The translations under genes and the position numbers were made by a program. Shown one piece after another: positions 1 to 13,860 of a stretch of DNA of 64,000 nt (position 1 is the first letter of the stretch; each line of letters begins with the position of its first letter). The notes under the pieces were generated by a model, which saw only the letters and a program-made list of their open reading frames with translations, did not search any database and was not told the origin of the DNA. The stretch comes from Amoebidium appalachense (taxonomy: Eukaryota; Protista; Ichthyosporea). Location: the NCBI GenBank assembly GCA_963693365.1, contig CAVNZM010000005.1, positions 62,001 to 126,000 on the forward strand. The letters run 5' to 3'.

Positions 1-844
1 TGCTCGTAGGGTGTCTGCGCACACAGAAACACACCCACACACACACATGCCTGTGTGCTCACACATCCACGTGCACGCACATCCCTCCCCCCCTCCCTTC
101 CTCCCCCCTCCCCTCCCCTCTCCCCCCCCCCCCCCCACACACACACACACACACACACACACCATCACTTCGTGCACGGCCATGGGTGCCGTAGGCTCAC
201 ACACGGCCCAGCCATTTGATTGGCTGACGAGTTGGCCGGCATGTGGTCGGCACTGTTTGCACACACACTGCGATGGAGTCAGGCCGGGGCAGTGGGTGGT
301 CCTGTGTAGTTTGGGGATTTTTTATTTGTTTGGTTTTTTTGTTTGGAGGAGGGGGGTGGGGGGGAGGGGGGGGTCAGCCTGCTTCATTGATGAATTATTT
401 GAAAATTGAGGGAGAAGGTTGCGGAAGCCTGAAGGCAGCTTGGTTGGGTGGTAGGGCAACACACAGCAGCACATGTGCTGCACGTGCATGGACTTGAACA
501 TGTGCTTGCTGGGGAAAGGGGAAGGGGAGGGGGGAGGAGGGGGAAGACACCTAATTCAAATGATCAAAAACATTTGATAATGAAAGGGAAGGGAAGAAAC
601 AGGGTAGGACATGGGGATATAATTGGAAGGGGACTGAGGAAACGACCTGCAAAAGGGAGTAACACCCCAGCTGAATGGAATGATGGAAACTAGAAGTGGA
701 ATCAAACAGCGGGTTGATGGTTGGTGTATGTTGGGTTGCTGCAGTGTAATGAGTGTAGGTGGACGAAGCGATGGGACGGACATGGTTTTCTCTTTTTTTT
801 TTTTTTTTTTTTTGTTTGTTTGTTTGTTTTTTTGTTTGTTTGTT

Positions 845-879
<35 letters not shown>

Positions 880-949
880 GTTGTTTGCTTGTTTGCGTGC
901 TTGTTTGTTTTTTGTTTTTTTTGTTTTGGGGAGGAGGAGGGGGGGCGAA

Positions 950-984
<35 letters not shown>

Positions 985-1453
985 GCCAGGGCAGTGCAGG
1001 TATTTGTACCCGTTTGCAGCGGCACTGATGCAGGCCTGCAGCTGCGCATAGGCAGCCTCCCCGTTGGTCTGCACGTGACCCATTTAATGGTGAGCCAGTA
1101 ATGGTACCCTAAGGCGGTCATTTTTTTCCATTTTTCCGCTCTTTTTTGTTTTCCTCCGTGGTGGCTGGGGGAGGGGGGGAAGGGGGGTTGCGAACTGACT
1201 GCTAGAGTTAATGTTGTGTGGCTATGCATGCATGTTCAAAGGGAGCAATAGCAGTGTGTTCCCGTGTGTTTAAGCCCTTGGCCATTGGGCAGTGAGGGTG
1301 CAAAAGAAGAGCACCATGTAACCCCCTGTTCCCATTCTTCTGTACAGAGCGGTTTGCGCTATGCAATGAGCCGTGGGGTGCAGCTTGTGACCAGATGGAG
1401 CCCAAGCTACTGCCACTTTCAATTCTTATAGGTTTTCATACCTTCTTGCCTCC

Positions 1454-1486
<33 letters not shown>

Positions 1487-1576
1487 ACAGTCTCCCCTTC
1501 ACACTCCCAACTCTCCCACCCCTGTTCTCACGCTTCACCCCCTTGTACGACCCCACCCCCCTCCCCCCCCTCCCCC

Positions 1577-1607
<31 letters not shown>

Positions 1608-2300
1608 ACACATACACCCTCCCCCGCCGAACACACAACACAACTATCTACATCCTCGAGCCTTCCCGTCTCCTCGACCCTATTCGTTCTCTCCCCCTTG
1701 GTCCCTCTTTTGTTTGCTGCATGGCGTGGACACACACCTTAGCCTGGGGATTGCATCTTTGCAACTGGCCGGAAGCAGTGTGTGCAAACAGCGCGGCAAA
1801 AAGACCTAGTGCCGCCACGTGCATGGTGCCGTCGTTATGAGTGACTGTGTGCTGCTTGTTTGTTTGTTTAGAGGTCCTATGTGCCCATGGTCCTGCCGCA
1901 CCTCTCTTGTGTGTTCTAGATCCTACTGTGTTGCGTGGAAACGAGGAGCCCTCAAGCCGCCACCGCTATGCCGCCCATTCTCACAGCACTTTGTTGCTCC
2001 CCAAACCCCCCGGTGTTTGCACGCAGAGCGGCACCATGCTGCTGTCACACCCCAACACGCTGCAGGCCTGTCACTCGAGCTCCTGCGGCCGGGGTCGGTG
2101 TTGCCCATGGTGCCCACGTTGCAACTGAAACACAGGGACTGTGCGTTGTGAGCGTATGATACCGTTGCACACGTATATTTTTTTGGTGATTGCGGAAGCT
2201 TAGGCACATTCCCCTCGTGGTGTGCGTTTTACTGTTGCGGGCAGAAAGAAGCCGGTGGCGGCCACCGTGACGTCCTTTTCAGCACCGTTCAACATTCTGA
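1..2300 (-). CDS. Possible multi-exon gene of unknown function, divergent from MMAA; structure unresolved and runs off the window
   Basis: Islands of unique sequence between microsatellites are bounded by AG/GT on the minus strand. Candidate exons near 1010-1070 (TNGEAAYAQLQACISAAANG) and 165-300 (TTHCPGLTPSQCVCKQCRPH...HEVM) join in phase. No family recognised and the upstream exons could not be joined unambiguously. Confidence 0.3.
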
Positions 2301-2774
2301 GCTCAGGGCCGGCGCCGGCGGCCGGCCGTCTGGATCCATTCAAGATATTTGCCAATAGGATTGCAGTTTCCAACCCAAACAATCTGGACTAATAGGAACG
2401 CCTTTCTAATAGTCATATTTGGTAACTGTGGACCTGCTGTTTTAGGAAGTGTCTTTGGCTTTCTGGTAGCTTGTCTTGAAAGTACAGTCTCAATGAATAA
2501 AAGCGTTCAAAGTAATAGAAAATAAATAATAAAAACATTTATACACATCTATTTGACTAATTATATCTTGTCTATTTTCTAATACTGCTCTACATAATGC
2601 CTCGTACATAATCACGGTTTCCCGCGCTGCGACCTCTTATCCAATCAGCTTTGAGATCCAAAATAACACCCTCCTATTGGCCCTTTTTTTCCCACCGAGC
2701 CTCATGCCTGCTTCGAACTTGCCTTTGGACCAGTTTTGGCGGTGCCGCCTTCAGCGAGAAGATAAGAAGAGCCG

Positions 2775-3407
2775 ATGTGTTGGATGCTTACGCAGAAAGA
2801 GTGTCGTTTAGTATTTCTGGTGAGTAAGTTTCATAGTGCTTTATTTAGCCTCGCCACACCATGTTGAGTCTGCTACGACAAACCTCGGCCACCCTGCCGG
2901 TACGTGGACACTCCATTCATCACCCCCCCCGTCCCCTCTCCCCCCTCCCCCCTCTCCCCCTGGTCCTTTGACAAGTGTGCACACACCCAAGGGGAAAACG
3001 TATGCAAGCAACTAGCAAACACAACACATGAACAAATTTACAAGCATACATGTACTTCAAGCATAGCCAACCGGTTTGAGGCAACGCCTGAACTACCCCT
3101 CCACACCTCTTGCTGAGTCCAGACAGGCAACTCGTCATAGCTGTGTCTGTCTCGCTCTTTGTTGGCCCCATTGTCTATTTTTTTTTTTTGGATTCACAAC
3201 GAGAGTGGCTTGATGATGTGCCCTGTGTTGGGCCTTGAGCACGCTCTTACCGGTTCTTAGCTCTGGAAGAGGGTACCCGCTTAAAACCTCCTATGCACAC
3301 ACATACGGGAGAGGGACGGGGGGGTAGGGAGGAGGGGAGAGGGGGGGGGGGGGGGGGGGGGGAAAGGGGAAGGGGGGGGATGAGGAGGATAGTGAGAGGG
3401 GGGGGGG

Positions 3408-3492
<85 letters not shown>

Positions 3493-4133
3493 TGTGCACT
3501 TATACCGCACACCCCCGCCTGTTTTCGCTCATTTACGTACGCATTTGGGCAAACATGCCGCCCCTTCCATTCTGGTAGATCCATTCCGAACTTCGGTCCA
3601 TCTATTCCCGTCAACTCTTCTCAATGTTTCTCCAACCTCACTCTTCCTCCCAGCCCACCTATGGGCCCCCAACTTTCACCTGACTCAAGACCGTCAACCT
3701 GCACACCCTTGCCATATTTCGCTCGTTTCCCTCTATGTCGGACCATTGGACGGTTCTCACTCTTTTTGAGGGTCAAGATCTTGTTTACCAATCTTGTTCC
3801 CAATTTTAAAAGCTCGGAAGTGTTCTGCTTGCATCTTTGCCACTGTTTCCCGATGCTGCACATCTTGCCTCCTCTTTCCCTCCTCCGTTCCCTACTCCCT
3901 CACAGGGCTTACGCTCTTCACACACTCGTTTTCTGCTATGAAACACGCTACTCCTTTTACACTTCAACTCTCCCCCCCCGGCCCCCTTTTTCCCCGACCT
4001 GTTAGATCCCCCCGGATCATCCCCACTTCCTGTCCTTCCACCCCCACCCCTTCCCCTTCTCTTCCCGCGTAACTCCTTTCCAGCTGACCCTCAATAGGGG
4101 TTCCAAACAACACCGTCCTCTCCCCCCCCTCCG

Positions 4134-4183
<50 letters not shown>

Positions 4184-4908
4184 CCTCTCTCTCTCTCTTT
4201 CGTTCTCTCTCGTTCTCTCCCTCCCTCTCTCTCTCTCTCCCTCTCTCCCTCTCTCCCCCCTCCTCCCCTCCCCCCTTCCCCCCTCCCCCCCCCCCCCTCT
4301 CTCCCCCCGTTCCTTTTCCCAAACAATTCCCCCGCCGTTCTTCTTTCTCAGCCGGCTAGGTTTTTGGGTTGCCTGGTAAGTTTTGAAATGGAGCTCTCGT
4401 CTCTGATCTGTCCACCACAGGTTTTTTTTTTTTTTAAAAAAAAAAATTTTCTTCTCCCCTCCCCCCCCCCCCCTTTTTCCCCCTCCCTCCCTCCCCTCCC
4501 TTCGCCCTTCGCCCTTCCCCCGGCCTACTCCCCCCCCCCCTCCCCCCCCCCCCCCCCGGCCAAACCCTTTATCCACTCTTCTCATCAGCAGGTCTCTAAC
4601 CCACTCTGCAAAACGTTTTACGCATTTCTCCCCTTGGAAAACTTGGTCGTTGGTGCGTTTTTGTCTGATATCTAACGACTCTGCAGGGTCCCCTGAGACT
4701 ACTGACACTCTAACATTCCCTCCCCTCTCTTACTTCACACCCCCCCCCCCCCCCCTTCCCCTCCTCCTTCCCCTCCCATTTTCTCTGCACACTCAACATG
4801 TCTTAACCAGCTCTGCACATCGTTAGTCACAATCTTCTCTCATATATGAGAGAATGATCGTATTGGTACGATTCGTCTAATATCTGACGATTCTGCAGCA
4901 TCCCTAAG

Positions 4909-4972
<64 letters not shown>

Positions 4973-6757
4973 TTTTTTTTTTTTTGGCGCCTGTTGTTTT
5001 GCTTGTCGTTTGTTGTTCTGGTTGATTACCTGTAATCTTCGCTTATTTATTTGTGTGTGTGTGTATGTATGTTGTGCGGTGTTGCACACAACGGTGTCTA
5101 CTTTTCTTCCTACTGTTTTTCTCTCCACACACTTCATCTGTCCACTTCTGCATTACCCCTCTCATAGCTATAGACACACTTCACACATTGCGTTACGCGC
5201 ACGCATGCACACACCGCTCTGTTGGCGACAGCTCCCTTGGAACCCATGCGGCATGTTACCCGCCGGCGTAACATAACTCGGACTATCGATTTGGCTTTTT
5301 TCAAGCCCAAAGCAATGGGTGATACCATATTTCCGGCTGACATCCGGGGGCATAGCTTTCCGTTCGAAGATGTTAAAGTTCCGCCCTAGTAAGCGTGTTA
5401 CTACCCTGCGACGTGGGTCAAATCTCTTATTATCCCCTCTGATTGCGAATTCTGCGGCCTTCAGGACTTAATTCTTTTCAGCTGGTGTAGTATGTTAGCC
5501 AGGGAAGTATCGACTTAGGTAGCGACGGGGGAGCTTCCTAGAAGCCCCGTCTCCTGAGTTCCTATCTATATTTTTCTTGCTTCTGCTTACTGCTGCAACT
5601 TTAACCCCCGGCCTTTCCCACTGCCCTTGCCTGCATAAGCAACCCTGCTCGTCTCTGATCAAGACGGGTGACCTACCCATGTTCAAGTGAAACAGTATCT
5701 GAGTTGGGTTTCGTTAACGAGGTGAATAGATCGAAATTCGGGTACTGTGGATGACGTGGGCCCCCCTGAGGATGGGCTCTGCTTATTATGCATACTCTGT
5801 ATGTATGGCTTGCATTCTGCATCGTGTTATCCGTTTGTTCTTGTGTACTTCGTACTTTTTGACGCATTCAAACCCCCCCCCCCCCCCCCCCTCTCTAACA
5901 CACACACACACGCACCACACCAACCGCAGGGTGTGGTCCGTACAGCCTCTGTGTGCCGACGCTGGTACACTGCGCCCATAGCCGCCGAAACCCTGACGCC
6001 CGAGTTTGAGGAGATACTGAAGAGACTGCAGGGGGGGGATAGGGCCGCTCTGGCTAGGTCCATCACATGCGGTAGGGGGCATATGTGGAGCGCGCGGGGA
6101 GGGGGGGGGGGGGGGGGGGGGTACTTCTGGCATGGTTAGAGGGAGAGGGGCTGAGTTGGAATCGTCTTTTAGATAGGTGATGGGGTGGGGGATGGGGCGT
6201 GGAGGAGGGAGGAGATGGGTTGCACAGGTGGGGGTTTTTTACCCCCTTTTTTTTGTGGAGGGGGGAGGAGGTTGTGGGTACGTGGGTGGGTGTGGGTGTG
6301 TGTCCGGGGGGGGGGGAGACCTATCGATGATATGTAGGGCAAGCTGCTGTGGTGCAAAGAGCCTGCATGAGGTCGAGGCATACCAATGCTCGTGACTCCT
6401 GTTGTTTCTGTTTTTCTTTCTCCTCCTTTTCCACTTTTTCCTCCTTTTTTTCACGGAGGTAGGGTGGTGTGTGTGTGTCTGTGCATGTGTGTGTGTGGGG
6501 GGGGGGGGGCTGCTGTCTGTGTGTGTGCTTGCTGGTGCCTACATTGGATCATGCTGGTGTTTTCTTATTCTGGCCTTATTGTTTGGTGACGTCACAACAC
6601 ATCTGGCCTTATTGTTTGGTGACGTCACAACACATCCTTTGCCCATGCTGCAGCACAATACACACACCCAAACACGTGTGTGCTGATGGCCCCACACACC
6701 ATGCAACCGGGCCACAAAAAAGCGGCAGCTCACACACACACACACTTTCTCTCTCTC

Positions 6758-6789
<32 letters not shown>

Positions 6790-6801
6790 ACCCTGTCACT
6801 T

Positions 6802-6853
<52 letters not shown>

Positions 6854-7248
6854 ACTCACTCACACACACACACACACTCACTCACTCACTCACTCACTCA
6901 CTCACTCACTCACTCACTCACTCCCTCGCTCTCTCGCTCTCTTCCCCTCCCTCCCTCCCTCCCTCCCTCCCTCTCTTTTCCACTCTCGCTCTCTCTGCCT
7001 CCCCCTCTCCCGCTCACTCTCTCTCTCCTTCCCGTCCCCTCCCTTCTTCGCAAACGCTCCTCTAGCCTCCCCCCCCTCCCCCCCCCCCCCCCCCCCCGCA
7101 TTTTCTCCATGAATCCATTCATGCATAAATCTTGCCGTTCTTCACCATCATTCAGCCTCTTATTCGCATAACCTTGTTGTACAGTACAACAGCAACACAG
7201 TGGACGCTTGAAGTGCAGCACCCCCACTAACACATGAATCCATCGTGT

Positions 7249-7283
<35 letters not shown>

Positions 7284-8037
7284 GGAGTCCACCCGTGCCG
7301 ACCACCGTGCACAGGCCCAGCTCATGCTCGAGAAACTAGCACGGAGCAAGAAGACACACCGCCACACGGGCACATTCCGCATCGGTCTGTCGGGGCCACC
7401 GGGTGCCGGCAAGTCCACATTCATCGAGGCAATAGGCCAGCACATTACGTCTCTGGGCCACAAGCTGGCTGTGCTGGTGCGTGTGGGTGGGTGGGTGGGT
7501 GTGTGTGTGTGTGTGTGTGTGTGTTCACTTGTAGCCCTTGCTCTGCATGCACTGCGCGGTCACACAGTACGACACACATCAGCAAGTTCCGGGAGAACAG
7601 TAGCCGCATACATACACAGATGCACATGATCATAGGAGAGGCAGGAGAGGGAGAAAAGTGCAATGCGCTCTATGGACGGCAAGTATTCGCCCACCCAACC
7701 AGCACACATGTGTGTGCACGCATACATATTGCACACCCATTTCTGTGATTGTAATTGATTATCCCTGATGAGGACCAAAAAAAAAAGGGGGTTGGAAACG
7801 AAAGGAAGGAGGGGGGGATAGACATCTACATGGCTGGGTGGTTGGTGGATGTGGTGTTTGTAAGCCCTTTGAGTGGCCAGTGTGTGTGCATGGTGCTTGG
7901 TTGGCCTGGACCATCGGCCATTGCAGCACACACTCACAAAACACGTGCACACACGCACATACCTGCACATATATATACACGCACACATGTGCTCGCACGC
8001 ACATACTCACAAATGCACATCGGTACACGCAAACAAG

Positions 8038-8079
<42 letters not shown>

Positions 8080-9656
8080 CCATCGACCCCTCCTCCTCGC
8101 GTACTGGGGGCAGTATCCTTGGGGACAAGACAAGAATGGACACCCTCTCAATCAACCCAAATGCTTACATCAGACCATCAGCCTCAAGGGGCACACTCGG
8201 TGTGTGGGCGCACACGTGCGCATGCCTAAGGAGTTGTTAGCGCACGCACACTCACAGGCGCACTCACAAACATATACACATGCACACAGTTATACACGCA
8301 CAAGCAAGACACACACCGATGAATGCATGCATGCACATGTGTGCACCCCAGTAGAGGCATATGTAGCATCAGATTACACACGTGCACATGTTGACAGTAG
8401 GCGCTGGTAATATTAAGCACGTGCAGTGTTGGGCCTGCACTTAGCCCACTCATCCCCCACCCTCTCTGTGCACACAGCTTATTATCCCCCACACCCTACT
8501 CTAGCGCGTGTTATTCTTTCAAAGCCTGAATACCCTATTCTAGCACGTGTTATTCTTTCAAAGCCTGAATAACCTATTCTAGCACGTGTTATTTTACAGT
8601 TATTCTTTCAAACCCTAGATACCCGACTCTAGCACGTGTTATTCCACAAGGGTGCTTCAGTGTGTGCGCTGGCACGGCAGCCAACCATTCATTGGCTGGC
8701 ATGTCCACCAATCAATGTGAAGCAAACCTCCTCTGCTCCGGCAAAGGTGGACAGAGGGCAGGGGGCAATGGCTGACACTGATTGGGTGGCTGGCCAGGTG
8801 GGGTGGCAAGAAACACGTGTGAGGCCGTCGTCATGTGTGAAGGTACGTGCCTGGCTGGGGGAGGGGGGGGGGGGGGGGGGGGGCTCATGTGGTTGGAGAG
8901 AAGGGTGGCAAGGCAGGATCTGTTTGTTTTGCTGGCTGGCGGCGTGGGTTGCCATGCACGGTGCTTTGCCGGCGTGTGTTTTTGCCGGTCACTGACAGGG
9001 CACGTGCAGCTGCGGGCTACGACATCGTGCTGATCGAGACGGTGGGGGTGGGCCAGAGCGAGGTCACCGTGGCTGACATGGTCGACATGTTTGTGCTGCT
9101 GATGCCCCCCGCTGCAGGAGATGAGCTGCAGGTACGTGCCTATTTATTGGCCTAGGTGGCTATATATGGGCCTAGGTGGCTATTTATAGGCCTAGGTGGC
9201 TATTTATAGGCCCACATGGCTATTTATAGGCCCACATGGCTATTTATAGGCCCACATAGCTGTTTATAAGCCTAGGTGGCTGTTTATAAGCCTAGCCGTG
9301 GTTGATAGCCCATATATCTATTTGTAGGGCATCAAACGGGGGGTGATGGAGCTGGCCCAGGTGGTGATGGTCAATAGGCATGCACCTATTTTTAACCCAT
9401 GTATCTATTTATAGGGCATCAAGCGGGAGGTGATGGAGCTGGCCCAGATGGTGATGGTCAATAGGCATGCACCTATTTTTAACCCATGTATCTATTTATA
9501 GGGCATCAAGCGGGGGGTGATGGAGCTGGCCCAGATGGTGATGGTCAATAAGGCCGATGGGGACCTGCTGCCGGCCGCCAATCGGGCGGCTGCAGAGATC
9601 ATCAGCGCCCTCAAGATCCTACGCCCAATCAACCCTAACTGGCAGGCAGAGGTGCA

Positions 9657-9687
<31 letters not shown>

Positions 9688-10157
9688 TATCATATGTTCC
9701 ACTCCCTCCGCTGTACCACGCCCACAATCTATCTGTCCGACCAGGGGGAGGGGCAGGGTTGTATTTTTCCGTGAATGTTGCCAATGCCCCTCCTCCACCT
9801 TTTCCCCCTTCCCGTCACTCCCGTGCACCCACACCTGTGTGTGGGCACGCGACCTATGCATCGGCTTTTTGTGCCATTTTATATCGTGCAGTGCCTTTCG
9901 TTGTGTATTTTGCGTGTTTTGCACTGTCCAACACATGCCTAAAACCCCCCCCCCCCCCTCCCTCCCCACTCACCCACATGCCTAACCCCACCGGGAACTA
10001 CCCTACGGAAACTTCCTTCTTGCCCACTGCACTTGGTGTGTTACAACCGACCCACCCACCCACATCCCCTAGCCCACCCCCAGCCACCCTACCCACCCAC
10101 CCTTCTGCTCCCCCCTTCTTCACACACACTCGTAATACACGCAGGCACGCACGCGCG

Positions 10158-10227
<70 letters not shown>

Positions 10228-11876
10228 TGAGCGTGTCTGCGCGCAACAACAAGGGCATTGCTGATGCCTGGAATGTGATGATGGAGTACCGCAGAGTCAT
10301 GACCGTATGCGCCCCTTTAATCATTGTTAAATTCATGACTGTCTGTGTCCCTTTAATCATTGTTAAGTCATGGACTGTGTGTGACCCTTTTATCTTTTCC
10401 AAAGTCATGACCGTGTGTGCCCCTTTGATCGTTGTTAAAGTCATGACCGTGTGTGCCCCTTTAATCGTTGTTAAAGTCATGACCGTGTGTGTCCCCTTAA
10501 TCGTTGTTAAAGTCATGACCGTGTATGCGCCTTTACTCATTGCTCCCATGCAACAACACAATGCTACTCTGCACTATCCCCTTTTTTTTCTTGTCCACCC
10601 CTGGACATGAAATCCCACCCATCATCCCACACCAATGTTAGGCACAGACACATTCTTGACTTTCTGAGAGCAGCCCGCAAGGGTGTATGAGCATCGGACT
10701 AGGGTCTTTTTTTTTTTGGAGTTGTCGTTGGTGGTGGTGTCGATGGGTATTTGGTGGGAAGGAGGGGGTCGGGGGGGGGGGGGGGGGGGAGGCACCCGGG
10801 TTTTTCCAGATTTCCTGTTGCATTGGCTGAGAGCAGACGATGAGACGATGGGCCCATGTGGCATGCTGCAATCTTCATGCCCCCCCTATACGCTACCATG
10901 GCACTCGAGCGCACACACAGCACTGCCCCCCTGCCCTGCTGACTGTGAGGTGCAGGAGACGGGGGACCTTGAACGGGTACGGGCACACCAAAGGCGGGTG
11001 CACATGTGGAACTACATCAATCAGGAGCTGGCTGAGCAGTAAGGCGCACAAGCACACATACACGCACATGCATACGCACACTAACATGCACACATGCATG
11101 CACTCACACACACACATGCACACACAGACACACACACACATGCACACACACACACACATACACACACATGCACGCGCAAACACACACACATGCAGATGCG
11201 CGCACATGGACAGGGGGAGGGGGTAGGGGGGTAAGGAGAGACCAACACGCACACGCACACGCACACGCACACACAAGCAATGCCCTCCTAAACTCATAGG
11301 GGCAAGGGGGGGAAAACACACCACGCAGCAACCCAAATAGCGCATGTGCTTCCCCCACTCTCCCATATGCAGTTACCACTTGATATGGACCCCCCCCCCC
11401 CCCCCCCCCTCCCCCGGGGACCCGCCCCTCCCCCATTCGGTGGTGGGGATTGTAATTCAGGGGAGGTTGAGTGCTATGTCATAGCTGAGCATTTGTTAGG
11501 TCTCGGGCCTATCAATTTAGAGAAATAAGGTGGTTGGCAGTTGTACGGTGTTGATCGATGAAGTGGGCACTACCGTGACCTTCCTTTTGTGGCAATGTTT
11601 TGCTGTGTCTGGTTGGTCAAACAATCACGTGCTATACACCTTAACTGCACCTGCCATGTGTGTCATGTCAGCTGTGGGTTGGTGTGCCATTCGACCCTAG
11701 AGATGCATGTGTGGTGTGGGGGATGCTGTGTGATGGGCCGCTTTCGGATAGAGATTTTTTTTTGTTTGTTTGTTTGGTGTGTGTGTTTGTGTGGGGGGGG
11801 ATACAGCATCGAACTGTAACTGTTCAGACAAGACCTAATCACCATACACACATGCACTAATACACAACACACACAA

Positions 11877-11912
<36 letters not shown>

Positions 11913-12043
11913 TCCGCAACAACCAGAATGTGCAGACCAAACTGTCTCTGTTCGAGCACCAAGTCATCAGCGGGGAGTTGCCGGCAGGCAGAGCGGCTGA
12001 TCGGCTAATCGATGCATTCCTAAGAGGCCCGGACGAGCTTTAG
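2775..12043 (+). CDS. MMAA: Methylmalonyl-CoA mutase-associated GTPase (MMAA/MeaB/ArgK family), ~371 aa
   Basis: Exons 2775-2819 (least certain), 5930-6071, 7283-7476, 8079-8199, 8798-8842, 9010-9131, 9502-9651, 10224-10304, 10956-11038, 11911-12043. All introns are GT-AG and in phase (1116 nt). Motifs: [28 protein letters not shown] (P-loop), [44 protein letters not shown]. Confidence 0.93.
5626..5872 (+). mobile_element. Poly(C)-associated retroposon, subfamily A, longest copy (5' boundary unknown), in MMAA intron 1
   Basis: Near-identical to the copies at 35412, 45244 and 51506 and homologous to the subfamily B core (GCATAAGCAACCCTGCTCGTC...GGGCTCTGCTTA). Ends GACGCATTCAAA followed by a C tract. 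Confidence 0.8.
8490..8650. repeat. ~40-bp minisatellite (about 4 copies) in MMAA intron
   Basis: Repeated CCCTATTCTAGCACGTGTTATTCTTTCAAAGCCTGAATA. Confidence 0.8.
9135..9550 (+). repeat. 20-bp minisatellite followed by an 87-bp triplication of the 3' splice site plus exon start
   Basis: GGCTATTTATAGGCC(TAGGT/CACAT) occurs about 8 times. TAG|GGCATCAARCGGGRGGTGATGGAGCTGGCCCAG..GGTCAATA occurs near 9328, 9415 and 9502; only the last continues in frame into NKADGDL. Confidence 0.9.
10295..10540 (+). repeat. 36-bp minisatellite (about 7 copies) beginning at the MMAA exon 8 donor
   Basis: Unit AAAGTCATGACCGTGTGTGCCCCTTTAATCGTTGTT repeats the exon end GTCATGACC|GT. Confidence 0.9.
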
Positions 12044-12163
12044 TTGTTTTGTAATAGCTTTTTGATTGGTCGGTATTTGCAGGGTGTGTGTATGTCCGTA
12101 ACACATGCATGTTACTAAACACGTGCTTAGAGTGTGCAGGTGCACACAAAAACACACTTGCAT

Positions 12164-12207
<44 letters not shown>

Positions 12208-13810
12208 AGACACACACATGCACACTGCACCGGCACACATGCCAACGTCTTCTTGTGCACAGACGACACATCACGCATGCCCTTGCATGGTGACTTACCT
12301 CTTCCTTGCCAAGTCAACACACATTAATCATGGTGGCATTTTTGGTTCCCCATTTTGAAGCAGTGCGTAGATAGTTTAGAATGAGGCCAGGTCTTACCTG
12401 TACATATGTATGATTTGCTGGCACAGACAGCGGCTATTTGCTGTGCCCAAACCAACACTCTGGCAGGCATATGCCAGACCAGCATGCTATCTTGCATCAT
12501 AATGTATGTGGTGCCACATTTTGCATTAAATTTTATTATTCCCTTTAACCCAAGAACCTAATGATGTACATGTGTGCTGCCTTCCCCCCCCCTCCCCCCC
12601 CCCCCCTCCCCTACCACCACCACAAACACACATGCACACACACACACACACACCCAGCGCACAAACACACACAGCATGCACAAACACATGTACACACACA
12701 CAAACAAACACAGGTCGGCTAATCCGGATCCTGTTGAAGTTATACTCTCGGTTGTGTGCATCTGTATGGCATGGCAAGTCGCCTTTGTTGGGCTAGGGCT
12801 GGCAACATGTTGTACGCTGATGTGTTCCCGGCGCTATCAAACTTTTATAAACACTCGTTAATGGCCGTTATGATGCCTGGGGTGTGCATCACTTGTTGGC
12901 CTGGGAGGGTGCGGCCAATCAATGCACATTGACCACGACATGATCAACACCACTAGTACCACCAATTCTTGCAACACCATCTACACCTACCCCAAGCAAA
13001 CGCATACACACAAAAACACACGCATATACACACATACACACACATGCACATGCACACACATGTACACTCGCACTGTGCGCGCCGGCACACGCACGGACAG
13101 ACGGGTAATAACCGTATTTTCAGCAGGGTTTTTAACCAGCCACGTGTGCTGCACAAAAAGAGTTAAATAACGCCTTGGCGTCCAGCATGCTAGTTCATTA
13201 TTGACTTGTGTGACTTTCTGAGGGCAGTTGATTTTTTTATTATTTTTTTTTGTACGGTGTGTGTGTGGTGTCTGTGTGTGTGTGGAGAGAGAGAGGGGGG
13301 GGGGGGGGCTGCTTGAGGGTAATTTCCGTCACTAATCTGGCAGCTAATCGTAGTGTGTCGTGGGTATCCTCTGGCCTCCAAACCCCATATCCCCTCCGAC
13401 GTGACCCCCCTGTCGGGTGGTGGTTGGGTCCCTCCCCTCCCCCCTCCCCCTTCCCCTCTCGTCCTCCTCTGGGTCTTTCCGTTTCTCGAAATCTTTGGGT
13501 TCGGCCAACAGAATCATTTGATTCGTGTGTTTAAAAGCTAGACCATCGTCCAGTAATTGCAAATCGGTGATTCAACGGTTAACGGTGTCGTAAGTTGCAT
13601 TAAATTTGAGAAAATGATGAGTAGGCTCAGCGGAGTGATTAAGGTTCTGCAAGCAAAATTTAGCCAAGCACATTTCCACTATGCATTAAAAAGCACCAAT
13701 CACACGATAAGGTTTACGAACCCAAAAAGCCATTCAGGAACGTTAAGACCCTCTCCTTCTGAGTAATCACCCATACGATTAGCAACCAATCATATTTCGT
13801 GTGTGTGTGG

Positions 13811-13860
<50 letters not shown>

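Noticed and set aside
13316-13775. Possible GGG...CCC MITE
   Set aside because: Only an 8-bp imperfect inverted match and no TSD.
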